From: Cheilinus undulatus
Lineage: Eukaryota
NCBI RefSeq assembly: GCF_018320785.1
Contig: NC_054879.1
Coordinates: 26,584,546-26,648,545 of the forward strand
Length of the DNA: 64,000 bases
Direction: 5' to 3'
How positions within the stretch are numbered: the stretch's first letter is position 1; each line of letters opens with the position of its first letter. Of this stretch, positions 13,841 through 25,600 are shown piece by piece. The notes beneath the pieces were generated by a model. That model saw nothing but the letters and a program-made list of their open reading frames with translations. It did no database searches and was not told the origin of the DNA. The translations under genes were made by a program, and so were the position numbers.

Positions 13841-13989
13841 CAGTGTCGTTATTCAGAGAGCAACACTATTGTCGACTACTCCCACTTCTGTTACTTGTTT
13901 TTACCAGTCAGCTTCCCTATGCATTTGTAAATCTTACTGATTATAGAACAGCAAGGGATCTTGGGAGCACGATCTAGGCACTAAAATAA

Positions 13990-14790
13990 CAAATGAACAA
14001 TGGAATACAATCATGCTCAACTTAAAAAAAAATGTTGTTGCTATAAATCGCACAAAATTAAATTTAAAATAATACATAAACTGCAAACTACCCCTTACCA
14101 AAGGAGCAAGTATGATAAGAATTGTTCAGCTTTATGTAAACAATGCAAACATCAAGTGGGTTCTTATGTCCATTTAATGTGGTTGAGTCCAAAGACAAAA
14201 GAAATATTGGGTGGAAGTGTGTGAAATCATTACTAAAATCATAAAAATGACTGTAAAGCCCTGTCCTCTCCGATGTATCTTGGGGTATCTATCACAGATG
14301 GAAAATTAAGACAACATACAAAATTAATATCATTACTATTATATTGTGCAAGACTAACAGTTGTACAACATTGGCTGGTTGACATGGAACCATTTATTTC
14401 TGACTGGTTTAGTAATATTCTGCAATTGTTTCCAATGGAAAGATTAACTTATATCTTAAAAGGAAACATCAATATGTTTCTCAAAATTTGGGACCCCGTG
14501 CTTGATTACATTGGAGAGGACTTAGCTAAAAAAATAATGAAGGCTTTGCCATCATATGATATGACATGATGTACTTGTTGGAACGGTGCTGATCCCGAAG
14601 CATGTGCGTGTGTGGTTGAATGGGTATGATTGTGAATATGAATGATGAGGGTGAATGTGAGGGGTGGGGGGTAGTATTCTTTGTATATTTTATTTGTTTT
14701 GTTTATGTAAGACAATGATTATTATTTATTATGTTTGTGCAGTGACATCTTAATGCACCTGTATGTGAATATAAAAAAAAATAAATGAAA
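13990..14790 (+). mobile_element. L1-like LINE 3' end (ORF2 C-terminus, 3' UTR and A-rich tail)
   Basis: ORFs KFKIIHKLQTTPYQRSKYDKNCSALCKQCKHQVGSYVHLMWLSPKTKEILGGSV and ...WFSNILQLFPMERLTYILKGNINMFLKIWDPVLDYI resemble the L1/Tx1 ORF2 C-terminal cysteine-rich region. There is an A-rich tail near 14770-14790. Confidence 0.55.
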
Positions 14791-14864
14791 AACTAAAATG
14801 AAAGAAAGAATGAATGCAGACAGCTTTTTATTGTTAAATAAACATTTTTCTTCAAATATTTTAG

Positions 14865-15637
14865 ACCGAGCCTCAGTTCATCGTTCATCTGCAGCGCTCT
14901 CTGCCACCAAAGCCAATCTAACCAAGCGTCTTTAGGCCAAAGATCAGCAGCTGTCCTCACTGACTGAACAGAGGGACCTTCTGAATGTCAGCCTCACTGA
15001 CATGAGGAAAGATCTGGAGAGACTTCAGAGTTTGTCCAAACAGAGTGAGTTTTCTGCAGGATGGTTTCTGCACCCAGCTGTCTGTGATCAAACCACAGTG
15101 TCGTTATTCAGAGAGCAACACTATTGTTGACTACTCCCACTTCTGTTACCTGTCTTTACCAGTCAGTTTCCCTATGCATTTGTAAATCTTTTGTTCACTG
15201 AGCTCCTTGTTTTAGGGCTGTTATCTCAGTTGTAAATATCAGCATGAATTTTCATATCTGCTGTTGTCAATGACATGCCAATTATATTGTGATACCCTAA
15301 TTTAAATTACAATACAACTGTTTTAAAGAGTTCTGAGTGGTTCACTGATGAACAGTCTTGAGTACAGACATCTAAAAAACAAAGGTTTTATCTCCTAGAT
15401 CAAACTAGGAGATGGTCTTGGACACATTTTTCAATATTTGTCACTGTTTCTCGGTCTTTTCTGCTCTCTGATGTTTGTTTATCATGTTTTACAGAGAAAA
15501 TTTGCCCTGCAGGATGGAAGATGTTTCATTGTGTCTGTTATTTTTTCTCAACAATTAAAACCTCTTGGGACAGTAGCAGGCAAGACTGCAGAAACAGAGA
15601 AGCAGATCACGTGGTCATCGACATTTCTGAGGAACAG
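14865..15637 (+). pseudogene. Lectin gene fragment: neck pseudo-exon with in-frame TAG plus an intact-looking CTLD exon 1. No 5' exons and no CTLD exons 2-3.
   Basis: 14865-15044 is homologous to the 180-nt neck exon, but CAG has become TAG at 14933-14935. 15495-15637 is a 143-nt CTLD exon 1 with an open frame (EKICPAGWKMFHCVCYFFSTIKTSWDSSRQDCRNREADHVVIDISEEQ). It sits between copy 2's stop and copy 3's ATG, and no CTLD2/3 exons follow it. Confidence 0.6.
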
Positions 15638-16572
15638 GTAATGTGTTCTTTGTGGAGTTTTACACATTCATTCTATAACAGTTAATATATCAATCTATCC
15701 ACCAATCTGCATCAGCTTATCATGGATGGGATCATAGTGGCTGAAGGCTAAGCAGGTCACCCCACATATCCCTCTCCAAAGCAATGTTTTTCAGATCCTC
15801 CTGGGGGATTCTGAGGTAGTCCCAGACCAGATAGGATATAAAATCCCTCTAGCAATGTCTGGGTAGGGACTCCTTCCATTTGGATGTTCCTGGGACACCC
15901 TTACAGGGAGGCAACCTAAAGGCAACTCGAACAGATGCCAGAACCACTTCAGCTGGCTCCTTTCAATTTGAATGGGCAGCAGCACTACTCCAGTCCACAT
16001 CTGCATGTTCAAGTTCACCCTATAAGGCTGAGTGTAGCTACCTTCCTGAGGAAACCCAGGAGTTCCTCAAAAGTGCTTCTTCCATTCCACAATATCTACA
16101 GTCTAAGCCCCATCTTTGCCCCATCTTTCCTCATCCTCCTGAGAGCTACTGAAAGTCTCACAGGCAGAAGCCTCTGCCAGGAGTTCCAGTCTAAGCCTTC
16201 CCCACCATCTGATTCAACCCATCACCAGGTAGTGCAGTCAACAGCTCTTCACTTCTATCATCAATCTTAAGCACAGGGTTTTCTGGTATCAGATAGACTT
16301 ATGACAGCTCTATGCAGGGACATAGTTGGTTTTGGCCAATCCATGACCAGTATAGAAGTCTAGGAACAAAGCATCACTTGTGATCAAAACAAGCGAGAGA
16401 GTGTAATAATTAGAGAGGACTAAAACTGAAAATGTGAATCCATAGTCTTCTGAACTTACGCTAGAGCTTCATTTTATCTTTTCCTGTAACTTCAACCACA
16501 CAGAGATTAAATAATGACAGTTCAAAAAAGATTTCCTGTGATAAATTATTTTCACATTTTTTTTCCACCCCT

Positions 16573-16588
16573 GACTTGTTATTTCCTC
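16573..16588 (+). promoter_or_regulatory. Conserved promoter motif gacttgttatttcctc, 112 bp upstream of the copy 3 ATG
   Basis: Positionally conserved across the paralogues. Confidence 0.4.
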
Positions 16589-16699
16589 ATTTACTGCAAA
16601 GAGATTGCATGAGCTAAAACCAAAAGGCCTTTTCCGTAATTCAAATACAGTGCACGCTGCAGAAAGGACCTTTAGAAACAGATAGCATCTTTCGTGGAA

Positions 16700-19600
16700 A
16701 TGGAGGGAATCTACGCCAATGTCGAACATGATAAGACTGATGAAAACCCTCAGACCATTCAGACAGGTAAGAGTGTTCACTTTGGCTCAGCTGTTTGGGA
16801 ACATGTATTATCATGCAGCGTTATAACTCATGTCATATGGTTTGGTCTGTGTCCAGGTCCTGAAAGCTCACCAAGGAGATTTTACAGACCTGTTGCTCTA
16901 TTTCTGGGACTGCTCAGTGTTCTGCTGCTGGCTGGGATCATCACCCTCAGCATCTTTTGTAAGTCAGTTATAGTCCTTTAAACTTTTTCCGGTTGCCATG
17001 TCAAGATTTGCTCAGTATAAAGATATACACTGTAGAAAGGTTATAATTTTTATTATTATTATCATTATTATTATTATTATCATTATTATTATTATTATTA
17101 TCATTATTATCATTATTATTATTGAAAAAATTAGACAAAATGTAAGCAAGTAGAGAAGATGAAATTATACAATTTGCCCTTGATCTGTCATGTTTCATCA
17201 TTTCAAAATCTACAAAATCTATGTCTGACTGACTGAGTGAGTGACTCTCTTTCAGAGCCATACCATACAGAGTTTCGCTGTGGATGAGGTTTCGTTTTAT
17301 TTCGCTTCTGCCGACCTGCGTTTGCATGACTTTGTGATGGTTACGAGGAAAGGGTTAGTTGCTCTATTAAAACAAGTGCAGAGAGCAACACTGGAAGTTT
17401 TCCATGACAGAAAAGATGTTTTCGCTCTACTCCCGGTTGTTTTTTTATTTCAGCAAAAAAGAGGAGATGTACTGTGTGCTCTCGTTCTGTGGTAAACTCC
17501 AAATTGAAGCCAGGTGCTCTTGTAGAATGAGGAGTATATTCAAAAAACAGGGGAGAGGCCACCGGGGCAATCTTCAGGCACACTCACTCGAGTCAAGGAT
17601 TTAAGTAAAAAGCCTTTAATACATCAGGGTATAACTAATAAAACAATAACAACCACGGGGAAAGCCGACCAGTTTCGACCACGCAGGGTCTTCATCAGGG
17701 CGTGAACAAAACACTGACACAGGTGAGGTTCATTTAGAGAATCATGTAATCTGAAGGCTGAATCCACACCAGCTAGAAGGTACCAGGCTAAAGAAAATCT
17801 CAGAATGAATATATAACCCCCAATAATGGTGAGAAGTTAGGATAAAGACATTATCAAAGAAAAATCATATGAGAGAGTACCAAAGCATGCTATATGTCAC
17901 CAAATGCAGAATATAAGCTAAATTAATGAAAAGATGCAGGAGATACAAATATGCATATGCTAGTACAACATGTACACTTGCACCTACACTAATACATACA
18001 AACATGTATACATATATTCATACCTATAAACACATAAGCATCCATCCACATACTAAAGAAGTTAAGGCTACAGTAAAAATATCTATAGACTTAAGGCAGA
18101 TTTTCAAAAGAAAGGGGGGTAAGATGCTCAAAGAAGGGATGCAACTGAATTCAAACAGAATATCAGTGAAAATTGATAATGTGAGCCGATCTATATACAA
18201 TAAAGACGTACATTTTCACAGAAATATGCTAATCTTACAACAGAGAAATAGATTATTCTAAATTTATAAAGCCATCTTCTATAGAAAAGGTTTGAAATCA
18301 ATCTCCTCATTAAGGCCCAGATAAGTCATAGCACCAAACCTAAAGATCCAAAAGGTCTCTCTTTGAAGCAGTTTTTTTTTAAACAATCACCACCTCTAAC
18401 TGACTGCTCTACTATTTCTAAACCTTCTACCATCAGAAGGCTGTCATTACTTTGATGACATTCCTGAAAATGGCACGCCATAGGGTAGTCCACATTGTTA
18501 GTTTGTATAGCATATTTATGCTCAGCTACCCTATCTTTTTGACGCTTTTTAGTGCGTCCTATGTAAAAACAATTGCAGGGACAGGTGAGGCGGTATACTA
18601 CATATGTTGAATTGCAGTTTATAAAATGTTTAATCTTGTATACCTCTCCTGTTTTTAAGTTTGTAAATTCCTTTTGTTGTATAAGTTTGGGGCAGTGATT
18701 ACAACTACATTTCAGGCATTTAAAGCTTCCAATAGGTCTCTTGAGCCACTGGGCTTCCCTTCTAGCTGGAAGACAGCTATGGGTCAGTTTGTCTTTCAGG
18801 GAGGGAGCTCTTTTGTAATGGAAGCTAGGTGGCTGATCGAATATCTCCTTCAAAGAAGGGTCACTCCTGAGGATGTCCCAGTTGGATAGGATGACATGTT
18901 TAATCTGCCTGGCCTGTTTACTGTAACGTATAACAGCATGTATACCTGACGGGTCTTTTTTTGGTTTATTAGAAGGTTGTAGAAGGTGGTGACATCTGAT
19001 AGAAGCTGCTTTGGTCTGAGCTGTGGAGATAATAGTCTTTTTATATGATCTATCTAAAAAGCGCGTTGTCATGACTTGAGATTATATCTGAAAATCTGAG
19101 TCCTGGTCGCATTTTTTTATTTGTTTGCACAATAAAAGAATTGCTATTGTTTGTACAGCTTTCACAAAGGAGGTACAAATAAGGATTTGTGTAGGTGAGG
19201 TAAGGATACCTGAGAGGGCTTGTAATTAGACCTCACCATGTAAAGTATTCTTCATCACTCACCAATAGTGATAAGCGTAGACGGTCTGTTTCGGTATGTG
19301 TTTGCTGTCATCACGGTGGGGTTGTCTGTACCAAGGGGGCTGCTGCAAATGTTTGCTCAGATGTCGCTGTAAGAAAGTGGCAGTTTAATCAGAACTGGAC
19401 AACATTTCTTTTAAAACCAGAGCAAAGAGCTGCACTGAAAGCTTGTCTTGGCCAGTGTTGGGAAAACTACATTACAATAACACTGTTACTTTTATGGTAA
19501 CTAGTGGTGTAATGCATTTAAAATCATTAACCCTTAGAGGTCCACTGGCCATTTTCTTAATTTTCCGTTGACAAAATAAACCACTCAGAAAATGTATACC

Positions 19601-22600
19601 ATGCTCATGTTTGGTACAATTTTTTTAGCAGTTCCTCAACATTATAAAATGAAAATACTTTTTTTTTTTTTTTTTTAATTTACTGCATTAGATATAGGGC
19701 TTCCAAAAAAAAACAACACCCCACAGAAAAGGATTTTTGAAAATTATTTAAAATGATATATTATCATTTTTAGAAATAAATAATAATATGCTGAAATTAT
19801 GAAAAAATACCAGTGCCAGTCCTGTACATCATGGTCCACTGTCCCCTATGTGTAACATTAGTTTTTATATCAAATTAAAATGTTCTTATTTTTATTTTTA
19901 CTTGGCCTATTAACATCCAACAACAACTGAAAGAAAGCTTAAAGATTATGCTTTCCACATGAAGTGATTGCAATGCAAAATGTAGCTTTGTTTTCATGCT
20001 GTCATGTGACAAAAGTAGTGCATGATGAAATCCAGCCAGCCAATTTAAATCACTTTTTACTCGTTAGTTTTACAGCCAACAACTTGATGATGACTCTTAC
20101 AACACATGTTTCAAAGGAAGCTCTTGATTCCCTGTGAAGCAAAAATCAAAATTTGTGTCCAAAACAACTAGATATGTTGGAATAAAGTCATTCTAATTAT
20201 GTAAAAGACACTAAGACCCATGTGCGACTGAATTTTAGATCTAGACCGTTTGTTTGTTTTTACCCAATGGCTAGGTTTCATTCTAAGTTGGGCAAATGTA
20301 CCCCCCTTTGAAAACTACCATCTTTGTTTCAGGGATGAATTTTACATAATTAGGGAGAAACCCAGCAGCCTGAACAGTTTGGCTTTTGGGAATTCATTAA
20401 AGGGTTGCTTGCAGCTTATGTTGACTTCTGGGAATAAAAACCTCTGGGAGTACAGATTTGTTTAAAAGTCCTCAATTCAATATGAAAAAGAAACTGAACT
20501 CCAAAAGCAAACAGTTATTTTGATAAAGAAACATTATTCTTTGAATTATTTAAGACAGAGATTCAACTCAGAGATACTCAGACTTAAACTTAACTTTGAA
20601 TACAGACAGTTTTTAACTGTTAAATAAACATTTTTCTTCAAATATTTCAGACCTAGCCTCAGTTCATCGTTCATCTGCAGAGCTCTCTGCCACCAAAGCC
20701 AATCTAACCGAGCATCTCCAGGCCAAAGATCAGCAGCTGTCCTCGCTGACTGAACAGAAGGACCTTCTGAATGTCAGCCTCACTGACATGAGGAAAGAGC
20801 TGAAGAGACTGCAGAGTTTGTCCAAACAGAGTGAGTTTCCTGTAGGGTGGTTTCTTCACACAGCTGTCTGTGAACATAGAGCAAACCACAAACCATGTCA
20901 TTATTTAAAGCATAGCATTATTGTTGTCTACTCCTACTTCTGTAGGAAGTAGGAGTAGACAACAATAGAACTGTTTTTACTGTCAGATTCCTTGTGCATT
21001 TGTAAATGTTACGCCTTTTACATTTTCTTCTCATCAAAGCTAACTAATCTTTAGTTTATTTTAAATCAACAATTACCATATCAAATCACTGACTGCAAGC
21101 AACACTCGCCATCATATGAGACTCTTTCACTTCCTTTTAAAGCAGTAGTGCACGGTAGGGTTTCAGTCAGGACCAGCAGTAACCAACCTGCTGGCCCTGA
21201 AACCCCAGCTAAGATTAAGTTCAGTCGATCTCCCTTTTTTCTGCAAACAAACACCTTGGAAAAGGCACCTGAAGCAGGACTGTAACTGGAACAACTCTTG
21301 CTGTCAAATTCACCACCATTCCTATATCTGGATAACAATACGTCATCACATTACACCTGCCCATGGGCCAATCACCTCAGCTCATTTGAATGGCAACACC
21401 CAGGCCAGCACAAGAAACTACACTAGCTCTAGGGCAGGCTGTCAGTATCACATCCAAATTGGATTGACTGATGACACTGTAACTCTATGTTGTAACCCCA
21501 ATATTAACGTCTTACCTCAGCTCAGGGCTAGCAATGCAAGGACCACTGGCCCTAGCAGAGGAAAGGAGCCGAGATGTGTTCAAGATAGGGCTGGAAAATT
21601 AATAGAAAATTACATTAAATCGCAATATGGCCTGCAACAATTTTGAAATCCCAGAAGATGCAATATTTCTTTGACCTGAAATTTGTGTCAAAATAGCTGT
21701 TTTAAACTTTATTTTTGCAATAAAGATGCTATGCATTACATATCATGCAATCATTTTAGTGCCAGTTGTTTTAAGAATAGGCTATAAAAATGTCCTACTT
21801 TCAGTTTTGTACGTTTTTCTTATTATCTCTTATTTCTTATTAAATAAGAGAATATCAAAGCCCCTTTGATGCAACAATTATATCCAGTTTTCAACATTTA
21901 GGGAATCATTGCATATCAAATCGCAATTGCAATGTTGAAAAAAAAATGCAATTAGATTATTTTCCAAAATCGTTCAGCCCGAGTTCAAGACGTAGGAAAT
22001 TTCTGTTCAGCACCACAAAATATAGCCATACATTTTCTGAATAGAGCTGCATCCTGAACAAGTAACAAGTAACAAAGGCACAAACAGATAGTTATTCCAC
22101 GTGACATCCCACTTATTCAACCTCCTAAATTTGACCTGGAGACTGGTCCTCCAAAATGGAAGGAAGTAGAGAATACAGTACGGCACGCAAGATCAGCATT
22201 GGCCCCTGGGCCTAATGGAGTACCGTACAAGCTCGACAAGAATGCATCTGATGTTCTACGCTTTCTTTGGAGGCTCATGAGTATAGTGTGACAGAAAGGA
22301 ATAATACCTAAAGCATGGCAAAAGGCTGGAGGAGTGCTGATTCCCAAAGAGAAGGATGCAACAGACTGAACGTTGAGGGAAAAATCTTTTTCAGCATATT
22401 AGCAAAGAGGCTGTCCACCTACTTGGAGAAGAATAAGTACGTTAACACATCTGTACAGAAAGCTGACATTCCTGGGTTCTCCGGTTGCTTGGAGCACACC
22501 AGTATGATCTGGCACCAGATCCAAGCTGCAAAGAGGGAGAAAAGAGACCTCCACGTCATCTTCCTTGACCTGGCCAATGCCTTTGGTTCAGTTCCCCATA

Positions 22601-25600
22601 ACCTACTCTCGGAATCCTTCAACTTCTTCCACGTACTATCATCTATCACTGCCCTGGTAAAAGCCTACTTCCAAGACCTGCAGCTGTGCTTTACAACAGC
22701 CAACTTCTACATCTTGGCAGCGCTCAAAGGTGGGCATCATTGCTGGCTGCACAATCTCACCTCTGGCCTTCACAATGGCTATGGAGGTCATCATCAGGGC
22801 CTCTAGATGGGTGATGGGTGGGGAGCAAACTAAGAACGGGCACCGCGGTTACTTGGAAAGTTGCAGACGAACATCAAGTGGGCCCAGATGCAAATAAAGC
22901 CCAACAAATCACAAAGCATCTCAATAGTCAAGGGAGAGCTTAAAGACGTGAAGTTCTGCATTGGTGACGACTCCATACCAGCAGTGTCAGAACAGCCAGT
23001 CAAAAGCCTGGGGAGATGGTACAACGCAAACCTCAGCGATAAAAATCAAGTGCAGCAATTGAGGCAGGACATCACCAACGGTCTCAAGAACATCAACAAG
23101 ACCCTACTGCTGGGGAAACTCAAACTCTGGTGCCTGCAATTCGGATTCCTCCCCGGGCTAATGTGGCCACTCACTATCTGCGAGGTCCCAATAACAACAG
23201 TGGAGAAGATGGAGCGAACCATGACTTCATACATGAAGAAATGGCTTAGAGTCCCACAATGTCTTTCCAACATCAGCCTCTATGGCAAAGGGGTCCTTGA
23301 ACTACCTCTCGCAAGCCTAACTGAAGAGTACAAGTGCTCCAAAGTTAGACTACAGATGACATTAAAGCACTCCAGAGATCAGACCATCAGTAGTGCTGCA
23401 CTGCCCCTGGTAACAGGGCGGAAATGGACACCATCCGACGCAGTGCAGGAAGCTACAGCAGCCCTGAAGCACAAAGACATCGTGGGGCATGTACAGCTGG
23501 GAAAAGGAGGAGAGGAAGAGGAGGCTTTGGCCTTGTGGCGAGCAAACCAACTTGGCATAAGGCCTCAGCAGCTGAGAGTAGGAAGCTGGTGGTGGATGAG
23601 GTACGCAGACAAGAGGAAACTGCAAGAAGTGCAAAGGCTGTCTCGCTTGCTAAGCAGGGGCAGTGGATGCGATGGGAAGACCTGCAGAAGAGGAACCTCA
23701 GCTGGAGGGAGCTTTGGGAAATGGAGGCAGGCAACATAAGCTTTATCATCAGAGCCACCTACAATGTGCTCCCATCACCAAAGAATTTCCACCGGTGGTA
23801 TGTTGAGGATCCGACCTGCTCCCTTTGTCCAAGTCCAGCATCTCTCAAGCACATCATGACCGGTTGCAAGACCAGCCTTACACAAGGCTGCTACACCTGG
23901 AGGCACAACCAGGTCCTCAAGAGCCTGGTAGCAGCACTTGAGATCAGGAGGAGTACAACCAACTCCCTGCCCCTGAGAGCAAACAATACCATCAAGGCAC
24001 CAGCGTTTGTCAGGGAGGGACAGGAAAAGCCCAAACATCCCGCCACCAAGCCAGAAACTGGACAACTAGCCTTGGCCTGTGACTGGAAGATGCTTGTGGA
24101 CATTGGCCAACAGTTAGTATTTCCACCTGAGACTGCATCCACCACCCTTAGACCAGACATGGTCCCCTTCACTCAAGTCTGTGTACATCATAGAACTCAC
24201 AGTACCATGGGAGGACTCAGTGGAAGAGGCCTATGAGCAAAAAAAAACTGCGGCACACAGAACTAGCAGCCAATGCAGAACAATGAGGATGGAAGACAAA
24301 ACTCTACCCGGTCAAAGTGGGATGCAGAGGATTTGTCGCTACTTCCACCATCAGACTGCTAAAGGACCTGGGAAGCCATGGACAGGCTCTCCGGCAGATC
24401 ATTAGATCTGTGTCTGAAGCAGCCGAAAGGAGTAGCCAGTAGATATGGCTCAAGCGGAAGGACCCATGCTGGGCTCCAACAACAGCAAGAGGAGCAACAC
24501 ACTAACACTAGCACCTCCTTCCCCACTTGAGAACCCAGAGCAGAACCCCCACGAACAACATCTGTGCATCTCGTGATAGGGAATGGGACACAAGCTCAGG
24601 CCTGATCACCCTGTAGCTGGCCACCTTTGATGAGGCCGAAAAAAAAGGCCAAAATACCCTATGACTCAAAGGTACACTACTGATGATGTGTTCCAAAGTT
24701 ACATCTATCCATATCTGAGGTGCACCTCCAATGGAGCTCTTAACATCGGGGAACCACCAGGAGGAACTACTAGGAGGATTCTGCTCTTAGGTATTGTTGC
24801 ACTGCAATCATGAGTGGTTTCAAGGAAGGTAGTATCGGCATCGTCACTACCTGGAGCTCACATCAACGGAGCCTTGGTCTGTTGAAGGTGGCATGCTGTT
24901 GAGGCTGTGTGGGCCATGTGATAAGATAGGTAAGAGGATGTCTGCGTTTTAGCATGGTGGGTTGTGAGAGCTGGCGTGGAGGGGCAGGCTCTGGGACTCT
25001 AGAGATCACTGTTCAGCCCTCTGGAGGTGTCCGCTCTTAACATCAGGGAACCACCAGGAGGAACTACTAGGAGGACTCCCAGTCACTCTTATTATCAAGG
25101 AAACCCTCAGGTAAGGTAAGTGCATATCCGGTGACACTCTTGATGTTGGGAGTGTCATTGGAGATTCACCTCCTGTGATGCTCTTGGCATCGAGGAACCA
25201 CCAGGAGGAGCCACCAGGAGGAATCACCAGGAAGACTCCCAATCACTCTTAACATTAAGGAAACCCTCAGGCAAAGTGCATACCACCTATTGGCACAATG
25301 GACAGTTTAACATCCGACCCGTGTTTCATGATTCTGATTCCACACAAATTTCAGATTCACTTTTTAATTTTGAAAAATATATCATTTTTAATGGGGCAAG
25401 CAGTGCTAGTGCTGTTGCCACTGACTGCACACCTCTTTTTAAAATTAGCATATCATCAAAAACAAACGTTACAGTATTTACCAAATATGTTTAGGTATGT
25501 GGAGTATCTAACAATCTACAAAATAAGAAAAAAAACAACCCAGTCCTTTCCCATGGTCTTCCTAATCCGACAGTCTGTTTAGACCTGTTAAGAACCTCCA

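Noticed and set aside
14865-15637. Neck and CTLD1 exons as alternative 5' exons of copy 3
   Set aside because: They lie upstream of copy 3's promoter motif and ATG. The neck copy has an in-frame TAG, and no CTLD2/3 exons follow before 16573.
16700-16766. Cytoplasmic IYxxV motif as a classical ITIM
   Set aside because: Position -2 is Gly or Glu in all paralogues, not I/V/L/S. The hemITAM/endocytosis interpretation was preferred.
17001-17327. ORF with poly-Asn/Asp (NNNDNNDNNNNN)
   Set aside because: It is a translation of the (ATT)n/(ATC) microsatellite on the minus strand.
22315-24236. Long ORFs (163, 292 and 270 aa) as host genes
   Set aside because: They carry reverse-transcriptase motifs and are mutually frameshifted, so they are a LINE ORF2 relic.
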